Part shown: positions 1 through 11,264 of the stretch, piece by piece
How the letters are laid out: each line of letters starts with the position of its first letter
Numbering within the stretch: the first letter of the stretch is position 1
Virus record (IMG/VR): IMGVR_UViG_3300021225_000468
Span: 64,958-128,957 of that record
Direction: 5' to 3' (one strand)
From: a virus
Length of the DNA stretch: 64,000 bases
Notes under the pieces: generated by a model
Told to the model about the DNA's origin: nothing
What the model saw: only the letters and a program-made list of their open reading frames with translations
The model's database searches: none
Translations under genes and position numbers: made by a program

Positions 1-224
1 ATAATATCAAGTTTATTAAGAAAAATGAAATTGAAAAAAAATGGGATGAGTGTCATTTATGGATTACGGATAATTACGAAATTTTTAATAAATGCCCAAT
101 AGACAAACATGTAATAAAATTTAATACAGAGTACAATGATTTTTTTCATTGTAGTAAAGAAATAAATAAATTATCAGAAATTAATGAAACATGGTTCAAA
201 TTTTCGGAAAAAACTACAGTATAG
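1..224 (+). CDS. Partial (5'-truncated) hypothetical protein
   Basis: Open frame from base 3 to TAG at 222-224 (...WITDNYE...KFNTEYN...), overlapping the next start. Confidence 0.55.
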   Translation, partial: NIKFIKKNEIEKKWDECHLWITDNYEIFNKCPIDKHVIKFNTEYNDFFHCSKEINKLSEINETWFKFSEKTTV

Positions 225-466
225 ATATTGATGAAATTATTCGAGTTTGTGAAACATCTAAAGATGAAGAAACCGAAGCAACCGAAATTAATATTTTCAA
301 ATATGAAATTTTAAAATTTTGTTTAGACAGAGTTTTAAATGATATAGATGGTGAAATTGATGAAGAAATACCAATTTATGCTCAATCAGAGTTATCAGTT
401 TCATTCAAAATCGCATTTAATACATTAATAAAATATAATATTTTAACAGAAGATGAATATGAATAA
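191..466 (+). CDS. Hypothetical protein
   Basis: 91-aa ORF coupled to its neighbours. Confidence 0.7.
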   Translation: MVQIFGKNYSIDIDEIIRVCETSKDEETEATEINIFKYEILKFCLDRVLNDIDGEIDEEIPIYAQSELSVSFKIAFNTLIKYNILTEDEYE

Positions 467-1526
467 TTTAGAAAACATTGAAAAAATTCAAAAAAGTATA
501 GAAAGTTTAGAGAATAATGATAGTGTCATTTATTTTTTAACTTATGATACCAAAGGGTATCCAAAAGCATCAGTCAAATACATTTATGATTTAGCATTAA
601 CATTAAAAGAGAATGGGTTTAGTTCTAAAATTTTAGTTGAAGACAAATCATTTAGTGGAGTATCAAGTTGGTTGGGTGATAAGTATGATTCTTTAGAAGT
701 AGTATCAATAAAGGAAGATAAAATTCAAATCAAGTTTGAGGATATTTTAGTTGTTCCTGAATTGTATTCACAAACATTACAACAGCTTTCAAGTATAAAA
801 TGTACTAAAGTAATGTTAGTACAACAAAAGGATTATATCTTTGAATCTTTACCTATCGGTAGTAAATGGTCAGATTTCGGATTTGATAATGTAATTACTA
901 CAACAAAAAAATCAAAAGAGTATATCTTAGAGTATTTTCCTGAATCATTGACATATATTATTCCACCCATAATTGATGACGTATTTCATAAATCAGAAAC
1001 ACCATTAAAACCATTTATTGCAATCTCTTGTAGAGAAAGAACAACAAGTAGAAGAATCATATCTGAGTTTTATTTGAAGTATCCACAATTGAGATGGATT
1101 ACTTTCAAAGACATGGTTAATATGACTTATGAAGATTTCGCAAATAATTTAAAAGAGTGTATGGTATCTGTATGGGTTGATGATGAATCAACTTTCGGAA
1201 CGTTCCCTTTAGAATCTATGAAATGTGAAGTACCTGTTGTTGGTAAAATACCAAATACGGAACCTGATTGGTTGTCCGAAAATGGTATGTGGACATACGA
1301 TTTAAATAAAATTGTTGAATTGTTATCAACATATGTCCTTGCATATATCGATGGAATTGGATTGACTGATGAAGTATATGATAAAATGAAAGAATCATTA
1401 TTACCATATGATACGGTTGTTACTAAAAACCTAATAGTGTCTGTTTTTAAATCTTTAAACAATTCCAAAATAATCAAATTAAAAAAATTAATAGAAAAAT
1501 TAAACACTGAGGAGGCAGAAAAATGA
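453..1526 (+). CDS. Glycosyltransferase, GT-B fold (GT4-like)
   Basis: VVPE motif and C-terminal EST-FGTFPLESMKCEVPVVG, matching the GT4 E-x-FG-x-P-x-E-A-M pattern. Confidence 0.7.
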   Translation: MNMNNLENIEKIQKSIESLENNDSVIYFLTYDTKGYPKASVKYIYDLALTLKENGFSSKILVEDKSFSGVSSWLGDKYDSLEVVSIKEDKIQIKFEDILVVPELYSQTLQQLSSIKCTKVMLVQQKDYIFESLPIGSKWSDFGFDNVITTTKKSKEYILEYFPESLTYIIPPIIDDVFHKSETPLKPFIAISCRERTTSRRIISEFYLKYPQLRWITFKDMVNMTYEDFANNLKECMVSVWVDDESTFGTFPLESMKCEVPVVGKIPNTEPDWLSENGMWTYDLNKIVELLSTYVLAYIDGIGLTDEVYDKMKESLLPYDTVVTKNLIVSVFKSLNNSKIIKLKKLIEKLNTEEAEK

Positions 1527-2299
1527 AAAATATTACTGTGATATTACCCATCCATAAGATGGACGATTATTATAAAATTATGTTTGATAACGCGGTGTCA
1601 TCATTAAATAATTTCTATAATGATATTGTGTTGATGATTGTACACCCAAAAAAGTTGAAATTAGAATTAGAAATTAATCCTAATATTGAAGTTACATATG
1701 TGACACATAATAATGATTCAGGATTTTGCAGTCAAATTAATGAAGGAATTTCAAAATGTCAAACAGAGTGGTTTTCGATTTTGGAAATAGATGATGAATA
1801 TAGAAAACCTTGGTTATCTTCTATGAACGAATATGTGAAAACATATTCTGATGTCGATGTTTTTTTAACAATAGTCAAAGATATAAATGTTGAAGGTTCA
1901 TTCTTGAGTTTTACAAATGAATCAGTATGGGCATATGGATTCAGTGAAAAACAAGGATTTTTAGATAACGAGGTTCTATTAGATTTTCAGAATTACCAAA
2001 TCAGTGGTGGATTGTATAGAACAAATGTTATCAAAGAAAATGGTATGTTTAAAGACAATATCAAATTAACATTTGGATATGAATTTTTATTAAGATTGAC
2101 ACATAATGGTGTGAAAATTATGACAGTACCTAAAATAGGTTACCAACATGTCAATTTTAGAGAGGATTCACTTTTTTGGTTATACAAAAACAAAGAAAAA
2201 GAAGTCTTATCTGAAGATGAAGTTAAATTTTGGTTAGATACATCTAAAAAAGAATTCTTCTTCAAAAATAAACGTGATATAAATTATGTAAAACAATAA
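1523..2299 (+). CDS. Glycosyltransferase family 2
   Basis: N-terminal ITVILP, INEGI...EWFSILEIDD (DxD region), YEFLLRL. Confidence 0.75.
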   Translation: MKNITVILPIHKMDDYYKIMFDNAVSSLNNFYNDIVLMIVHPKKLKLELEINPNIEVTYVTHNNDSGFCSQINEGISKCQTEWFSILEIDDEYRKPWLSSMNEYVKTYSDVDVFLTIVKDINVEGSFLSFTNESVWAYGFSEKQGFLDNEVLLDFQNYQISGGLYRTNVIKENGMFKDNIKLTFGYEFLLRLTHNGVKIMTVPKIGYQHVNFREDSLFWLYKNKEKEVLSEDEVKFWLDTSKKEFFFKNKRDINYVKQ

Positions 2300-2998
2300 A
2301 TGCCAAGAAAGAGAACCCAAAAGATTTATTTTGGGGAGGCTCAAGAACAAGCGGTGATTGATTATATCAAAACAGAATCCGAAGAACAAAAGAATAAGAT
2401 ATTCAATGAATATTTAAGAGAACCTCTCATTATAATGGTCGAAAGTATTATTAGACGTTATAAACTATATAGGAAAGATTTAGAGTTTGAAGATATACAT
2501 AGTGATACTATGTCATTCTTAATTACTAAGATTAATAAATTTGACCACACAAAAAACCATAAAGCATATTCTTATTTTGGTACAATATGTAAGAATTACC
2601 TTATGGGGACAATACAGAAAGAAAATAAAGAAAAAAATAGAAACATATCTTACGAAGATATTTCTTCAGACTTGGAAGATAATGAAGAACTATCATATAC
2701 TATTGATGACACAATAATTGATTACAGAGATGTTATTATTAAATTCACTATTGAATTAGAAGAGTTTATTACAATAGAAAATTTGAATGAAAATGAAAGA
2801 AAATTGGGATATGCATTAATTGAAATTTTTAACAATTTTGATAAAATATTTCAAATTGGTGACGGTAATAAATTTAATAAAAATTTGATTCTACTTTCAA
2901 TTAGAGAAATGACTTCATTGAACACAAAAGAAATTAGAATATCAATGAAGAAATATAAAAAACTGTATGAGGATATTTTAGGTGGATTTTTAGATTAA
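2300..2998 (+). CDS. Putative late-transcription sigma factor (T4 gp55-like)
   Basis: Sigma region-2-like segment KINKFDHTKNHKAYSYFGTICKNYL resembles the gp55-type FD.....AYFT.I motif; lies upstream of virion genes. Confidence 0.65.
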   Translation: MPRKRTQKIYFGEAQEQAVIDYIKTESEEQKNKIFNEYLREPLIIMVESIIRRYKLYRKDLEFEDIHSDTMSFLITKINKFDHTKNHKAYSYFGTICKNYLMGTIQKENKEKNRNISYEDISSDLEDNEELSYTIDDTIIDYRDVIIKFTIELEEFITIENLNENERKLGYALIEIFNNFDKIFQIGDGNKFNKNLILLSIREMTSLNTKEIRISMKKYKKLYEDILGGFLD

Positions 2999-3006
2999 AT
3001 CTATTT

Positions 3007-3393
3007 ATGGGTATGAGAGATAAGAAAAATATTATATCGTTAGAGGTTGAATCTGCGTTAGCATTGATGCAAGAAATTTATAATGATATTGTCGAACAAA
3101 AAAACTATGCATCAATGATAATGAAAAAGATGTTATCATTTATGAAAGACCAAGAAGATATGAGTACTATTGGTCCTGTAATTAAAGAACAACAAAAAAT
3201 TTTAAATGAATGTACTGAGAAGAAAATATCATTAGTAAAATTACAAGGTATTTTACATAAACAAACCCAAGGTTCTAATAAAAATATGGGAATGGGTAAA
3301 TTAACCTTGAATGAAGAAGAAAGAAAGTTATTAGATGAATTGGTTAAAGATACAAATTTAGATAATAACTCACCTAATTATGAAATGGAATGA
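3007..3393 (+). CDS. Hypothetical coiled-coil protein
   Basis: 128-aa ORF in operon. Confidence 0.7.
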   Translation: MGMRDKKNIISLEVESALALMQEIYNDIVEQKNYASMIMKKMLSFMKDQEDMSTIGPVIKEQQKILNECTEKKISLVKLQGILHKQTQGSNKNMGMGKLTLNEEERKLLDELVKDTNLDNNSPNYEME

Positions 3394-5270
3394 GAAAAGA
3401 TAAAGATATAAAATCGAGAATACAAACTATAAAAACAATTACAGATAATTCTAAGAATTTTTCTGAGAATTTATCTGATAATGTTATTGAAGATTTACCA
3501 ACAACAGACAAATTATTTGGTAAAAAATTAGATGAGTTTGTAGAGAAAAGAAAAAAAAAGAAACAAAACAAAAAGGACATATTTACAAAACTTAATGATT
3601 TAGCAGAAACGTTTATTTCAGATAAAAAGTCACCAAGGAAAGATAAATATGGAGCGAAGAAAAAATTAAAAAAAATTGCACAGGAATCACTAAAGGTCAC
3701 AGTAAATTCCACTAAAGATATCTTATTGTATAATATTACAAATATCTTTTTTGTGGGTGATGGAATTTGTGGTAGAGAATCAACTATGAAAATTGATGAA
3801 ATTACATTGAAACCAAGTGAAATTGATTTTTTAAATGTATTTTCAGTTGACCCTAATAGTGATATTGGTAAAATAGTATATGAACCTGAGTCACCGAACA
3901 TAAATAGACAAAAAGTTAATAGACAATTTTACACAACATTCAATTCGTCAACATATAACTTTGTATCAAATAACAATAAAGTTCTGTTTACAACTAATTG
4001 GGATGTAAATGAACAATCTTTTAAAATTACAGGTCTACAACAAAATACTGCAATAAAAGTAGAAGATTTTTTTTTAGATTATTTTTCTTCAATTGAACTA
4101 CCTGATATTACAGGTATAACAAAAAACGCAATTTTACTAACATTGCAACCTGGCAATAGTGTGAATATTAAGTTCAAAACAGGTTTAAATGACTTAGAAA
4201 AATTAACAAGTAAATTGTTTTCTATTTGTGGTAATTCTACTGATAGAGAAAACATAAGAAATCAAAATCCTGTAAAGTTATTTGATAATACAGATGAAGA
4301 TGAGTCTACATATTTTGATTTTGACTCTACTGAAGGTTTTGATTTTAGTTTGGAAGATTCTAAGTTTAGGAGCGTTTTGAAATTTACTGATTGTGATAAT
4401 TTTGAAATTCCTGTAAATGAAAATATATTAGAAGATTTCGCATTTTTTTCAAGTCAAAAAAATATTGATGATTTAGTTGAAGAAACATTAGAAAAGGCAG
4501 CATCGGATGCATTTGAACAGTCAGATGGAAACATCCCCAAACAAAATTTTAATCAAAATTTATTCAATAACTTCATCATCAATCTACCTAAGGCACTTGT
4601 AATGTCAGTTTTGACACCAAAACTTTTTGTACCTGTTGTTATAATTTATAAAATGTATAAATCATTAACAACACAAGTTTTACAAGTAAAAGATATGATG
4701 AAAAAATTGTATAAACTATTTTCTAAAATTATAAAAGATTTGTTTTGGAAATTTATACAAGAATATTGGAAAAGATTAAAAATTGAATTATTAAAATTTG
4801 TTAAAGAATTAGTTGCGGAAATATTAAAAAGTAAATATAAAAGATACGTTACAATACTAACTGCAATATTCAATTTACTTAAAAAAGTACCAATTAATGG
4901 TATAGTCAATTGTGATAATTTATTTGACTCAATCTCAAAAACATTAGAAACAGTATTAGCATCAAAAGGTGGTTTTCAAGTACCAGGATTTTTATTAGGG
5001 TTTTCTGATAATTTACCTGGATTCAGTAAAGAAGGTGCATTATTAAATGCCATTCAAAGAGTAGAGTCGTTTGGTATACCAACAGGTCCAATATATAACG
5101 AAGACAATAACGTACCTAAGATATTAAAGTCATTATTAGATGGGTTTTTTGAAGAATTAGATAAAAATTCATTTGTTAAAGCGTCCAATAAAGAAATAAC
5201 AATTCCAACTCCAGTTGGACCTATAATTATTCCACCAGGAATTATAAATGTAAGTGGTAAAATATTTTAA
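3390..5270 (+). CDS. Large hypothetical protein, probably virion-associated
   Basis: 626-aa ORF next to a baseplate-like gene. Confidence 0.65.
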   Translation: MRKDKDIKSRIQTIKTITDNSKNFSENLSDNVIEDLPTTDKLFGKKLDEFVEKRKKKKQNKKDIFTKLNDLAETFISDKKSPRKDKYGAKKKLKKIAQESLKVTVNSTKDILLYNITNIFFVGDGICGRESTMKIDEITLKPSEIDFLNVFSVDPNSDIGKIVYEPESPNINRQKVNRQFYTTFNSSTYNFVSNNNKVLFTTNWDVNEQSFKITGLQQNTAIKVEDFFLDYFSSIELPDITGITKNAILLTLQPGNSVNIKFKTGLNDLEKLTSKLFSICGNSTDRENIRNQNPVKLFDNTDEDESTYFDFDSTEGFDFSLEDSKFRSVLKFTDCDNFEIPVNENILEDFAFFSSQKNIDDLVEETLEKAASDAFEQSDGNIPKQNFNQNLFNNFIINLPKALVMSVLTPKLFVPVVIIYKMYKSLTTQVLQVKDMMKKLYKLFSKIIKDLFWKFIQEYWKRLKIELLKFVKELVAEILKSKYKRYVTILTAIFNLLKKVPINGIVNCDNLFDSISKTLETVLASKGGFQVPGFLLGFSDNLPGFSKEGALLNAIQRVESFGIPTGPIYNEDNNVPKILKSLLDGFFEELDKNSFVKASNKEITIPTPVGPIIIPPGIINVSGKIF

Positions 5271-5274
5271 AATT

Positions 5275-5478
5275 ATGGAAAATAATAAAAAAATATTTGA
5301 CATAATAGAAGATGTACAAAATAAATCAAACAATGATTTATTTTATGCTATAAATGAATTACAAGAAGAATTTGAAAAGACTAAAAATTTAATAGTTAAC
5401 TTAACAAGACACTTAGATTCAGTTGAAGAAATGTATAATAAAGTAAATAATGAAATTGGTAAAAGAGTAAAAAAATAA
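5275..5478 (+). CDS. Small coiled-coil hypothetical protein
   Basis: ORF MENNKK..., stop overlaps next ATG (TAATG). Confidence 0.65.
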   Translation: MENNKKIFDIIEDVQNKSNNDLFYAINELQEEFEKTKNLIVNLTRHLDSVEEMYNKVNNEIGKRVKK

Positions 5479-6977
5479 TGAAAATAATTGACTTAGGTAT
5501 TTGTATAGATAATATTGACCCAAAAGGTATCGGTAGAATCAGATGTATTAGATATAATGATTATGTCGGTGAAAAGGAAAAGTCTATAAAATATACTTCT
5601 TGGAGTGATACTGACCCTTTTGTCGCAATACCTTTTTTACCAAATAATATTAACATGATACCTGAAATAGGTCAGGCGGTTAAAATAATTAATTATAACA
5701 CACAAAAGGAATCTGTAAACCAAGAATATATTTCTGGACCCTTTACGTCTATGTACGACTATAATAGTCAACAATTTTCTCTACAGATTGAAGACACGTC
5801 TTATGGTGTTGCAGTAAAAAATAGACCAAACATAAGAAATACAACAGGTGAATATATTCGTCAAACACAAAATGTTTTTGCAAAAGAAACTGACTACGGA
5901 ATATATGGTAAATACGGTTCTGATATTTTATTTACAGAAAATGGACTACAATTAAGAGGTGGTAAATTAAAAACAAAAGAAGCGGCGAATGCACAAGAAA
6001 GATTAAAAATGTTATCAGTACCGTTATATACTGATAACAAAATATCTAAATTGTCATTAAAAAAATTTCCTAAAAAGGGTTTAATAAAAAAGAAAGAAGA
6101 AATTAATCAATCAACAACAGATGCTGTTCTAAAAACAATTGTAGAATATGAAATAAACAGTTTATCAACCGATAACATCACAATAAGTTTTTTTATATAT
6201 AATGTAATATCATCTTTAGGTAACACATACAAAACAAGTTTTTTTAATAGTAACGTTGCATTAGTTAATTCCGCATTAAAATTAATTAATGAAAATAATG
6301 ACAATGTTTCACCGACATATACTGTAACAACCAATTCTCTAAATTATGTTCCAATCATTGTAAGAGACACAATATATAACATTGGACAAAACGGATTATC
6401 TTATTTAAATGGTAATTATAGTACAGAAGATATTCATCCTTTTTATTTTAGACCATCTCAGAATTTTGTTTTTTTGAGTGGAACAGATACTCAAATCAGT
6501 AAGAAAAATGAAATATTAAATAAAGTTATAGTAAACAAAATTGGACCCAAACACGGGTTAATTTGGTCTAAATCAGAGTCTAAACAAAAAAGTACAGAAA
6601 CAAAAAAAGTTGTAGAATATTTTGATGTTGATGAATTTTCAAATGAACAAACATTTGCTTCTTTAACTTCAGACAAAATATATTTAATTTCTACCGACTC
6701 AAACGAATCTAATAAAAAAATTACGTTTGAAAATTTGAACAAATATGAATTAACACAAGAAGACTACATTATTAATATTGACAAAAATACTTATTCTATG
6801 GTTCGAGGAGATAACTTGTTAATCTTTTTGAATAAATTAGTTGAGGTTTTATTAAAACATGAACACAATGTTGTTGGACCATATGTTAAGAATGGATTTG
6901 GTGCACATGATGATTTATTGGAATTATTAAAAAATTTAGAAAATGACGTTTTAAATACTTCTATCAAAATTAATTGA
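5478..6977 (+). CDS. Baseplate hub/spike-like protein (gp5/VgrG-type N-terminal OB fold)
   Basis: N-terminal DPKGIGRIRC...IPEIGQAV motif; C-terminal VRGDNL...HEH. Confidence 0.55.
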   Translation: MKIIDLGICIDNIDPKGIGRIRCIRYNDYVGEKEKSIKYTSWSDTDPFVAIPFLPNNINMIPEIGQAVKIINYNTQKESVNQEYISGPFTSMYDYNSQQFSLQIEDTSYGVAVKNRPNIRNTTGEYIRQTQNVFAKETDYGIYGKYGSDILFTENGLQLRGGKLKTKEAANAQERLKMLSVPLYTDNKISKLSLKKFPKKGLIKKKEEINQSTTDAVLKTIVEYEINSLSTDNITISFFIYNVISSLGNTYKTSFFNSNVALVNSALKLINENNDNVSPTYTVTTNSLNYVPIIVRDTIYNIGQNGLSYLNGNYSTEDIHPFYFRPSQNFVFLSGTDTQISKKNEILNKVIVNKIGPKHGLIWSKSESKQKSTETKKVVEYFDVDEFSNEQTFASLTSDKIYLISTDSNESNKKITFENLNKYELTQEDYIINIDKNTYSMVRGDNLLIFLNKLVEVLLKHEHNVVGPYVKNGFGAHDDLLELLKNLENDVLNTSIKIN

Positions 6978-7001
6978 TTTTGATATTTATTAAATAAAAC
7001 C

Positions 7002-8375
7002 ATGTCATATTTTCGTTCTTACTTTGAAAAGAATAACACAATAATCAAAGACTCCTTAGTAAACACATCAAAAAATCCTACAACTGAAATATTCTACGGT
7101 TTAGGTTTTTCTAAATTTATATTTAAAGTTGATTTTACTGATTTAAAATCTAAAGTAGACAATGATGAATTAATTGTCAACGAGAATACAAAACATTACC
7201 TGAAGTTAACTAACACAATATTTGGTAATGAAACTTTTTTGGGCGCTCGTAGAGGCACAGGTAGAGATAGAGCAACATCTTTCGATTTAATCTTATTTAA
7301 AATTTCAGAAGAATGGGATGAAGGTGTTGGTTTTGATTACGAAGCAACAGAATATGATTTAACTGAAGGTAATAAAACGTATGACGCTAGACCATCCAAC
7401 TGGTATAATAGAACATCGATTAGTGGATGGACAGTACAGGGTATATATAGTACATCTCCTGATATTATTCAAACCATACATTTTGATAACGGTGATGAAA
7501 ATATTGATGTTGATATAACAAATTATGTTAATAGTATTATTGTAAGTGGGTCAACAAATTACGGATTAGGGTTGACTTTTGCTGTTCTTTATGAAGATAT
7601 AAATTTGAATGTGGAACAGTCTGTTGCATTTTTCACAAAGTACACTCAAACATTTTTTGAACCTTTTGTTGAATCAGTATTTGATGATGTCATAAAAGAC
7701 AATAGGTTAGATTTCACAGAAAAAATCACACAAAGATTATATCTGTATGTAACAGAAAATGGTAACTTTTTTAATTTAGATTCAAATCCAATAGTAACAA
7801 TTAAGGACAGTACAAACACACCTATACCTACTTTATCAGGTTTGACAACAACACACATAAAAAAAGGTGTGTATGAAGTTGAATTTGGTTTAAGTGGTAT
7901 CACATGTGATGGTAAAAAGTTCTTTTACGATGAATGGTCAGGTTTGTCAATAAATGGGATATCTATTTCGAATGTCACACAAAAATTTGTTCCTAAACCA
8001 ATTACTTCTCGTTTTTCAATAGGTCAAAATATATCTGAAACAAAAAACTATAAGTTGCAATTTTATGGAATCAAACAAAACGATAAAATAATAAGAGGAG
8101 ACATAAAAAAACTGACTGTTTATTTCAAATCAATAGATAACCCACTAAATCAAGTTTTAGATGAGGTTTATTACCGTGTATTTATACCTGAAGGAAAATT
8201 AAATGTAATTATACATGATTGGACATTAATGGATAAAACAAAAGAAAATTTTGTTTATTTAGATACTTCATTTTATATCCCAAGAGAATATTTTATTGAA
8301 ATAAAGGCAAAACATAATGGTGAGGAAATAAACTACCCTGATTATATTAAATTCGAAATATTAAGTGAAAAATAA
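7002..8375 (+). CDS. Putative virion structural protein (beta-rich)
   Basis: 457 aa, beta-strand-rich, preceded by TATTTAT motif. Confidence 0.55.
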   Translation: MSYFRSYFEKNNTIIKDSLVNTSKNPTTEIFYGLGFSKFIFKVDFTDLKSKVDNDELIVNENTKHYLKLTNTIFGNETFLGARRGTGRDRATSFDLILFKISEEWDEGVGFDYEATEYDLTEGNKTYDARPSNWYNRTSISGWTVQGIYSTSPDIIQTIHFDNGDENIDVDITNYVNSIIVSGSTNYGLGLTFAVLYEDINLNVEQSVAFFTKYTQTFFEPFVESVFDDVIKDNRLDFTEKITQRLYLYVTENGNFFNLDSNPIVTIKDSTNTPIPTLSGLTTTHIKKGVYEVEFGLSGITCDGKKFFYDEWSGLSINGISISNVTQKFVPKPITSRFSIGQNISETKNYKLQFYGIKQNDKIIRGDIKKLTVYFKSIDNPLNQVLDEVYYRVFIPEGKLNVIIHDWTLMDKTKENFVYLDTSFYIPREYFIEIKAKHNGEEINYPDYIKFEILSEK

Positions 8376-8387
8376 ATATTTATACAT

Positions 8388-8870
8388 ATGAACATAGAAA
8401 ATTTAATTAGAAAAAAATTGAGAGAACTTCATGAAAGTCATGGAGGTGGTCACGAAAACTATATGTTTTTCGGTAATCTTCAACAAATGCATAGACAAGC
8501 AGAAATGTTGATGAATGAAGACCATGACAGAATCGATTCAATTTTAAAAGAACATGATTGGGCACAAGACCATATTGCTGAAGCAAAAAGTCTTTTAGAC
8601 CAAGTTTTTGACTTTTTGATGAATGAGACAAAAAGAGAAGAACCCAAAAATATGACAACAGGGTTCAAACCTGATATGGAATCATTCAATATGAACGAAT
8701 CAGAACAGATTGATGAAGGTAAAAACAAACCAACAAATCCTAAATTATGGGCACAATGTTTAGCATGGGCAAGAGCAAGATATAAAGTTTGTCCAAGTGC
8801 ATATTGTAATGGTGCTGCTGCAAAAAGATATAAATCTAAAGGTGGAGGTTGGAGAAAAGCAAAAAAATAA
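8388..8870 (+). CDS. Hypothetical late protein with basic C-terminal domain (DUF5872-like)
   Basis: KPTNPKLW...PSAY...RYKSKGGGWR resembles a domain common in large phages. Confidence 0.55.
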   Translation: MNIENLIRKKLRELHESHGGGHENYMFFGNLQQMHRQAEMLMNEDHDRIDSILKEHDWAQDHIAEAKSLLDQVFDFLMNETKREEPKNMTTGFKPDMESFNMNESEQIDEGKNKPTNPKLWAQCLAWARARYKVCPSAYCNGAAAKRYKSKGGGWRKAKK

Positions 8871-8876
8871 AATATC

Positions 8877-9836
8877 ATGAAAATATTAATCAACGAAGAA
8901 GATTTAATATATGTTGAGGAAGCCATTATGAATGGTTATGTTCTTAAAGAAGACCTTAAAAGATGGTTCAAAGAGAAATGGGTTGATGTAAGCAGAAAAG
9001 TTGGTGGAAAACATCCTCCTTGTGGAAGAAAAGACGCAAGTGGTAAAGCATACCCCAAATGTAGACCATCAAAAAAGGTTTCCAAAGAAACACCAAAAAC
9101 TGCAAGTTCCTATTCAAAAAAAGAAAAGAAATCAATGACTGCTCAGAAAAGAAGAGCAGAAAAAAAGGAACCCAAAGTAGGTACAGGGAATAAACCAACG
9201 ATGACCAAATTTGATGAATCAAAATTAATTGACTTGGTTATTACCGAAATTAATAATGTCAATGGTCCAAAGATAAAATTGAATGAATCCGTTGAAATAT
9301 TGTCTGAGGGTATGATATATCATGTGAATAATGATAAACCGCTCACAGAGAACATTTACAGGGTTTATTCTGATAAATTCTATCAACTATTCAACGAAGC
9401 GAGACAGCTCCATAAACAGGCTGTAATTGAGTTATACGGGGATGATTTGGAATTGATTAAAACCGACATAGGTAAAACAGGAATATACGAAGGAGAAGAA
9501 GTTTATTTAGACGTACCATTTGTTGAAGGAGAAGAAGAATATTTGGTAGAAGCAAAACATAGAGGTAGAAATGTCAAATTGAATAAACCATTTAGAACAC
9601 CAGGTGGACCAAAGAAATTTGCTGTATATGTTAAATCACCTGGTGGCAACATAAAAAAAGTAACTTTTGGCGACCCAAATTTGAAAATTAGAAGTTCAAA
9701 TAAAAAAGCAGCAAAATCTTTTAGAGCAAGACATAAATGTGCGCAGAAAAAAGATAGAACAACCGCAGGATATTGGAGTTGTAATATCTCAAGATATAGA
9801 AAAGCATTAGGTATAAAAAGTTCAAACCCTTGGTAA
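8877..9836 (+). CDS. Multi-domain basic late protein
   Basis: LKRWFKEKWVD...PCGR...YPKCRP module plus C-terminal SFRARHKC...AGYWSC module (DUF6321-like). Confidence 0.6.
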   Translation: MKILINEEDLIYVEEAIMNGYVLKEDLKRWFKEKWVDVSRKVGGKHPPCGRKDASGKAYPKCRPSKKVSKETPKTASSYSKKEKKSMTAQKRRAEKKEPKVGTGNKPTMTKFDESKLIDLVITEINNVNGPKIKLNESVEILSEGMIYHVNNDKPLTENIYRVYSDKFYQLFNEARQLHKQAVIELYGDDLELIKTDIGKTGIYEGEEVYLDVPFVEGEEEYLVEAKHRGRNVKLNKPFRTPGGPKKFAVYVKSPGGNIKKVTFGDPNLKIRSSNKKAAKSFRARHKCAQKKDRTTAGYWSCNISRYRKALGIKSSNPW

Positions 9837-9837
9837 A

Positions 9838-10212
9838 ATGAAAAAAATAGTTATAACAGAATCTCAATTAAAAGCAATAACAAAATTATTGGTAACAGAA
9901 CAGTCAGCAAATATCAACATCGAAGGTAGAAATGGTGAAATATATGATGATGGTACAATATCTTTAGCCAATAAATCAGGTGCAAAAATTAGGATAAGAT
10001 TAAAAACATCAATTTTGGGTGACGTTAATATAGTTAAATTTCAAAAAAATGAAGATGGTGATTATCAAATCCTAACTAAGAAAGGATTAAATAAAGACTT
10101 TCCTTTAGATAAAGTTAAGATGTTAATTAATTTTATAGATTCCCCAAAAACTGTTTCTCCTGCTATTGACAGTTCATTTGCAACAGGAAAATTAACAGCA
10201 CATAAAGTATAA
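9838..10212 (+). CDS. Hypothetical protein with MKKIVITESQL leader
   Basis: 124-aa ORF; leader shared with other late proteins. Confidence 0.65.
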   Translation: MKKIVITESQLKAITKLLVTEQSANINIEGRNGEIYDDGTISLANKSGAKIRIRLKTSILGDVNIVKFQKNEDGDYQILTKKGLNKDFPLDKVKMLINFIDSPKTVSPAIDSSFATGKLTAHKV

Positions 10213-10213
10213 T

Positions 10214-10480
10214 ATGAGTTTACCATTTAAAGAAAACATCATTGATGGATATCATGTAAGAACATTTTCATCATCATTAGATGAAAATGAACTTAAATGG
10301 CATTTTGATGAACAAGACAGGATTGTTGTTTGCGAACACCAAACAGATTGGCAAATACAAATGGATAATGAATTGCCTCAAAAGATAGAAACCAATAAAA
10401 AATATTTTATACCTGAAGGTACATATCATAGAATAATAAAAGGCAATGGTGATATCACTTTTAAAGTGAAAAAGTTATGA
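10214..10480 (+). CDS. Small cupin-like protein
   Basis: WHFDEQDR and IPEGTYHRII motifs. Confidence 0.55.
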   Translation: MSLPFKENIIDGYHVRTFSSSLDENELKWHFDEQDRIVVCEHQTDWQIQMDNELPQKIETNKKYFIPEGTYHRIIKGNGDITFKVKKL

Positions 10481-10540
10481 AAATTTTAAACATACTTAAC
10501 CAATTATAACTTTATTATAAAAATAATGTCAGAAAATAAA

Positions 10541-11242
10541 TTAAGGTCTCCTAAATGGTATACCTCTTAATGCTCTACCTATATCTACCCTACTCATTCC
10601 TAACCTAACCAACTCTGCATAATCTTGAGGTTCACGATACCCTCTTGTTCTAACCATATTAACATAATCAGATGCCGTTGTTGGAGGAGGAGGTGTTATA
10701 TTAGTACTACCTGATGTAGAATTTTGTGAATTCGTAGTTGACCCTGTTGTACTTGAAGGTGTGTTTCTCGAACTTTTAATAGAACTTGGGTCAACATTTA
10801 ATGTTTTACTTAATAATATTTCCATTTGGTCAATAGCATTTGCATATGTTCTAAAAGAATCTTGAACTGTTTTAATACCATACAATAAATCATCTTTTAA
10901 ATCATCCTTTAAATATACACCCTGAATTCTTGTTTCTAAATTTTTTAATTTTAACATTACCCTTTCGTTAGGTTCATCTATTCTTTTTAATTGACGTAAG
11001 ATATTCCTAATCATTACAACAAACGGTAAGAATTTACTTCCTGTACCTGATTTTATTCCTTTGATACCATATTTCAATTTTTGAAAAGGTTCCTTCATTT
11101 TATCCCATATACCTCTTAAATCTTCATTAACTTCTTCATGAATCTCTTTCTTCAAATCTTCACTTATCGGTCGTTTATTTTTTGCTAATTCTTTAACAAT
11201 ATTTTTTAATTGATTTTCATTAATCTTTATAATTTTAGACAT
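10541..11242 (-). CDS. Hypothetical protein with KIIKINENQL leader
   Basis: 233-aa ORF, Ser/Thr/Pro-rich linker, TATTTAT upstream. Confidence 0.7.
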   Translation of the reverse strand: MSKIIKINENQLKNIVKELAKNKRPISEDLKKEIHEEVNEDLRGIWDKMKEPFQKLKYGIKGIKSGTGSKFLPFVVMIRNILRQLKRIDEPNERVMLKLKNLETRIQGVYLKDDLKDDLLYGIKTVQDSFRTYANAIDQMEILLSKTLNVDPSSIKSSRNTPSSTTGSTTNSQNSTSGSTNITPPPPTTASDYVNMVRTRGYREPQDYAELVRLGMSRVDIGRALRGIPFRRP

Positions 11243-11264
11243 ACTATTTTTTAATATATAAATA